Source: an uncultured bacterium (GTDB lineage: Bacteria; CAZDME01; JAYEMH01). From it: a stretch of 64,000 bases of DNA. Below the pieces are notes generated by a model that saw only the letters and a program-made list of their open reading frames with translations, was not told the origin of the DNA and searched no databases. A program made the position numbers and the translations under genes. Of the stretch, positions 63,097 through 64,000 are shown one piece after another (position 1 is the stretch's first letter; the number at the start of each line of letters is the position of its first letter). The stretch covers positions 16-64,015 of the forward strand of contig CAZDKO010000002.1 of NCBI GenBank assembly GCA_964506075.1. The letters are read 5' to 3'.

Positions 63097-63645
63097 GTGA
63101 AGATTACTTTGGAATTATATAAGGAGATAAATATTTTTACGAAAGAACTCTTTCACTACGGAGTGCGGATATTAATTTGCGGGGGAGGAGTCAGTTTTCA
63201 CCCCGGTGAGGCGCTTAGCGTTTTAAGTATGAAATATAAAAAAGATAAACTTTTACAGCTTTCAAAACAAGTCGCTTTTGAAACCTTTTTAAAATGCCCG
63301 GAAGGCACCGTAGAAGTGGCCAGGGGTATTATTTATCATTTAGCCGATAAAGAATTGTTAGATGAATTAATCGCCCTGCGCCAGCAGAGACTTAAAGAAA
63401 TGCCTCCGGCTAATTATAAAGAGGACACTCAGGGTATAGAGGAATTAATTGATGAAATTTGCAGCCGCTTAGAAATTCCCTATCCTGAAGGTGTTGAAAC
63501 TTCAGACCCGTTAGTTAAGTGTAGAGACGAAATTCAGGGTATGGAAGAATTGATTGCCGGAATCTGCAACCGCTTAAAAATTCCCTGTCCTGAAGGCATT
63601 GAACCCTTAGACTCGCAAATGGAAGCCTATTTATTCTGGGGATAA
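63097..63645 (+). CDS. Hypothetical protein with a C-terminal tandem ~34-aa duplication
   Basis: GTG start. TQGIEELIDEICSRLEIPYPEGVETSDPL and IQGMEELIAGICNRLKIPCPEGIEPLDSQ are encoded by two similar ~100-bp DNA tracts. Confidence 0.4.
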   Translation: MKITLELYKEINIFTKELFHYGVRILICGGGVSFHPGEALSVLSMKYKKDKLLQLSKQVAFETFLKCPEGTVEVARGIIYHLADKELLDELIALRQQRLKEMPPANYKEDTQGIEELIDEICSRLEIPYPEGVETSDPLVKCRDEIQGMEELIAGICNRLKIPCPEGIEPLDSQMEAYLFWG

Positions 63646-63655
63646 GCAGAACATA

Positions 63656-64000
63656 ATGGAAATTAAAAAAAATATTTACAAAGAATTAGAGTCAAGAATA
63701 TTGGTGATTGCCGGTCCGATGGGAACCAGCATTCAAAAACGTCATTTGAATGAAGAGGATTTCCGGGGAGAAATGTTTAAAAATCATCCGTCACCGCTTA
63801 ACGGCAATAACGACCTGCTTACCCTCACCAGGCCCGAAATAGTCAGGGAAATTCACCGGGATTTTCTGGAAGCCGGCGCCGATATTATTGAAACCAATAC
63901 CTTTAACGCCAATAAGATATCACAGTCGGATTATCACCTGGAGGAAAAAGTTTATGAATTGAATTATAAATCCGCCCGGCTTTTAAAGGAACTGGCTGAT
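63656..64000 (+). CDS. metH: Methionine synthase, N-terminal homocysteine-binding domain (partial, runs off window)
   Basis: ILVIAGPMGTSIQ, NDLLTLTRPEIVREIHRDFLEAGADIIETNTFNAN. Confidence 0.85.
   Translation, partial: MEIKKNIYKELESRILVIAGPMGTSIQKRHLNEEDFRGEMFKNHPSPLNGNNDLLTLTRPEIVREIHRDFLEAGADIIETNTFNANKISQSDYHLEEKVYELNYKSARLLKELAD

Overview
The first ~48 kb is a one-directional (+ strand) block of housekeeping genes from an AT-leaning bacterium. The bacterium is probably diderm, because gmhA, a heptose-1-P adenylyltransferase and an LpxL-type acyltransferase are present. Genes recognised include smpB plus tmRNA, a cell-wall trio (amidase, GerMN protein, murI), queDCE, rplU-rpmA-obg-proBA-nadD-rsfS-argS, lpd, a glycolipid cluster, pcm, a Xer recombinase, a DHH/CCA-adding fusion, an M16 peptidase pair, aroQ-pepP-efp-accBC, gmhA and thiE-thiC. 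Four tRNAs are present, all with encoded CCA: Leu-CAG, Pro-CGG, Gly-CCC and Ser-GCU. After the tRNA-Gly/tRNA-Ser pair (48.35-48.70 kb) the window becomes an accessory region running to ~63.6 kb, where metH begins. This accessory region contains short cassette-like genes separated by unusual (AATCGA)n palindromic repeats. It also contains a visibly more AT-rich ~7.2 kb island (50,984-58,098) bracketed by copies of a palindromic element. The island holds my top candidate for a new system: a four-gene cassette of a ParB/Srx-like protein, an SNF2 helicase, a DUF3883-type PD-(D/E)xK nuclease and an SPPY amino-methyltransferase. This is followed by a three-gene module of unknown function (2TM+GAF-like protein, small protein, beta-hairpin-repeat protein) and a PIF1/RecD-like helicase that shares a ~48-bp upstream motif with that module. 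Intergenic DNA throughout is populated by several families of short-word palindromic repeats. One GC-rich palindrome carries a 9-bp flanking duplication, and a perfect 97-bp inverted repeat pair flanks 8.5 kb. All functional calls rest on motif and pattern recognition by eye; no searches were run. The ORF track uses GTG/TTG starts translated as M, and several starts were re-picked.
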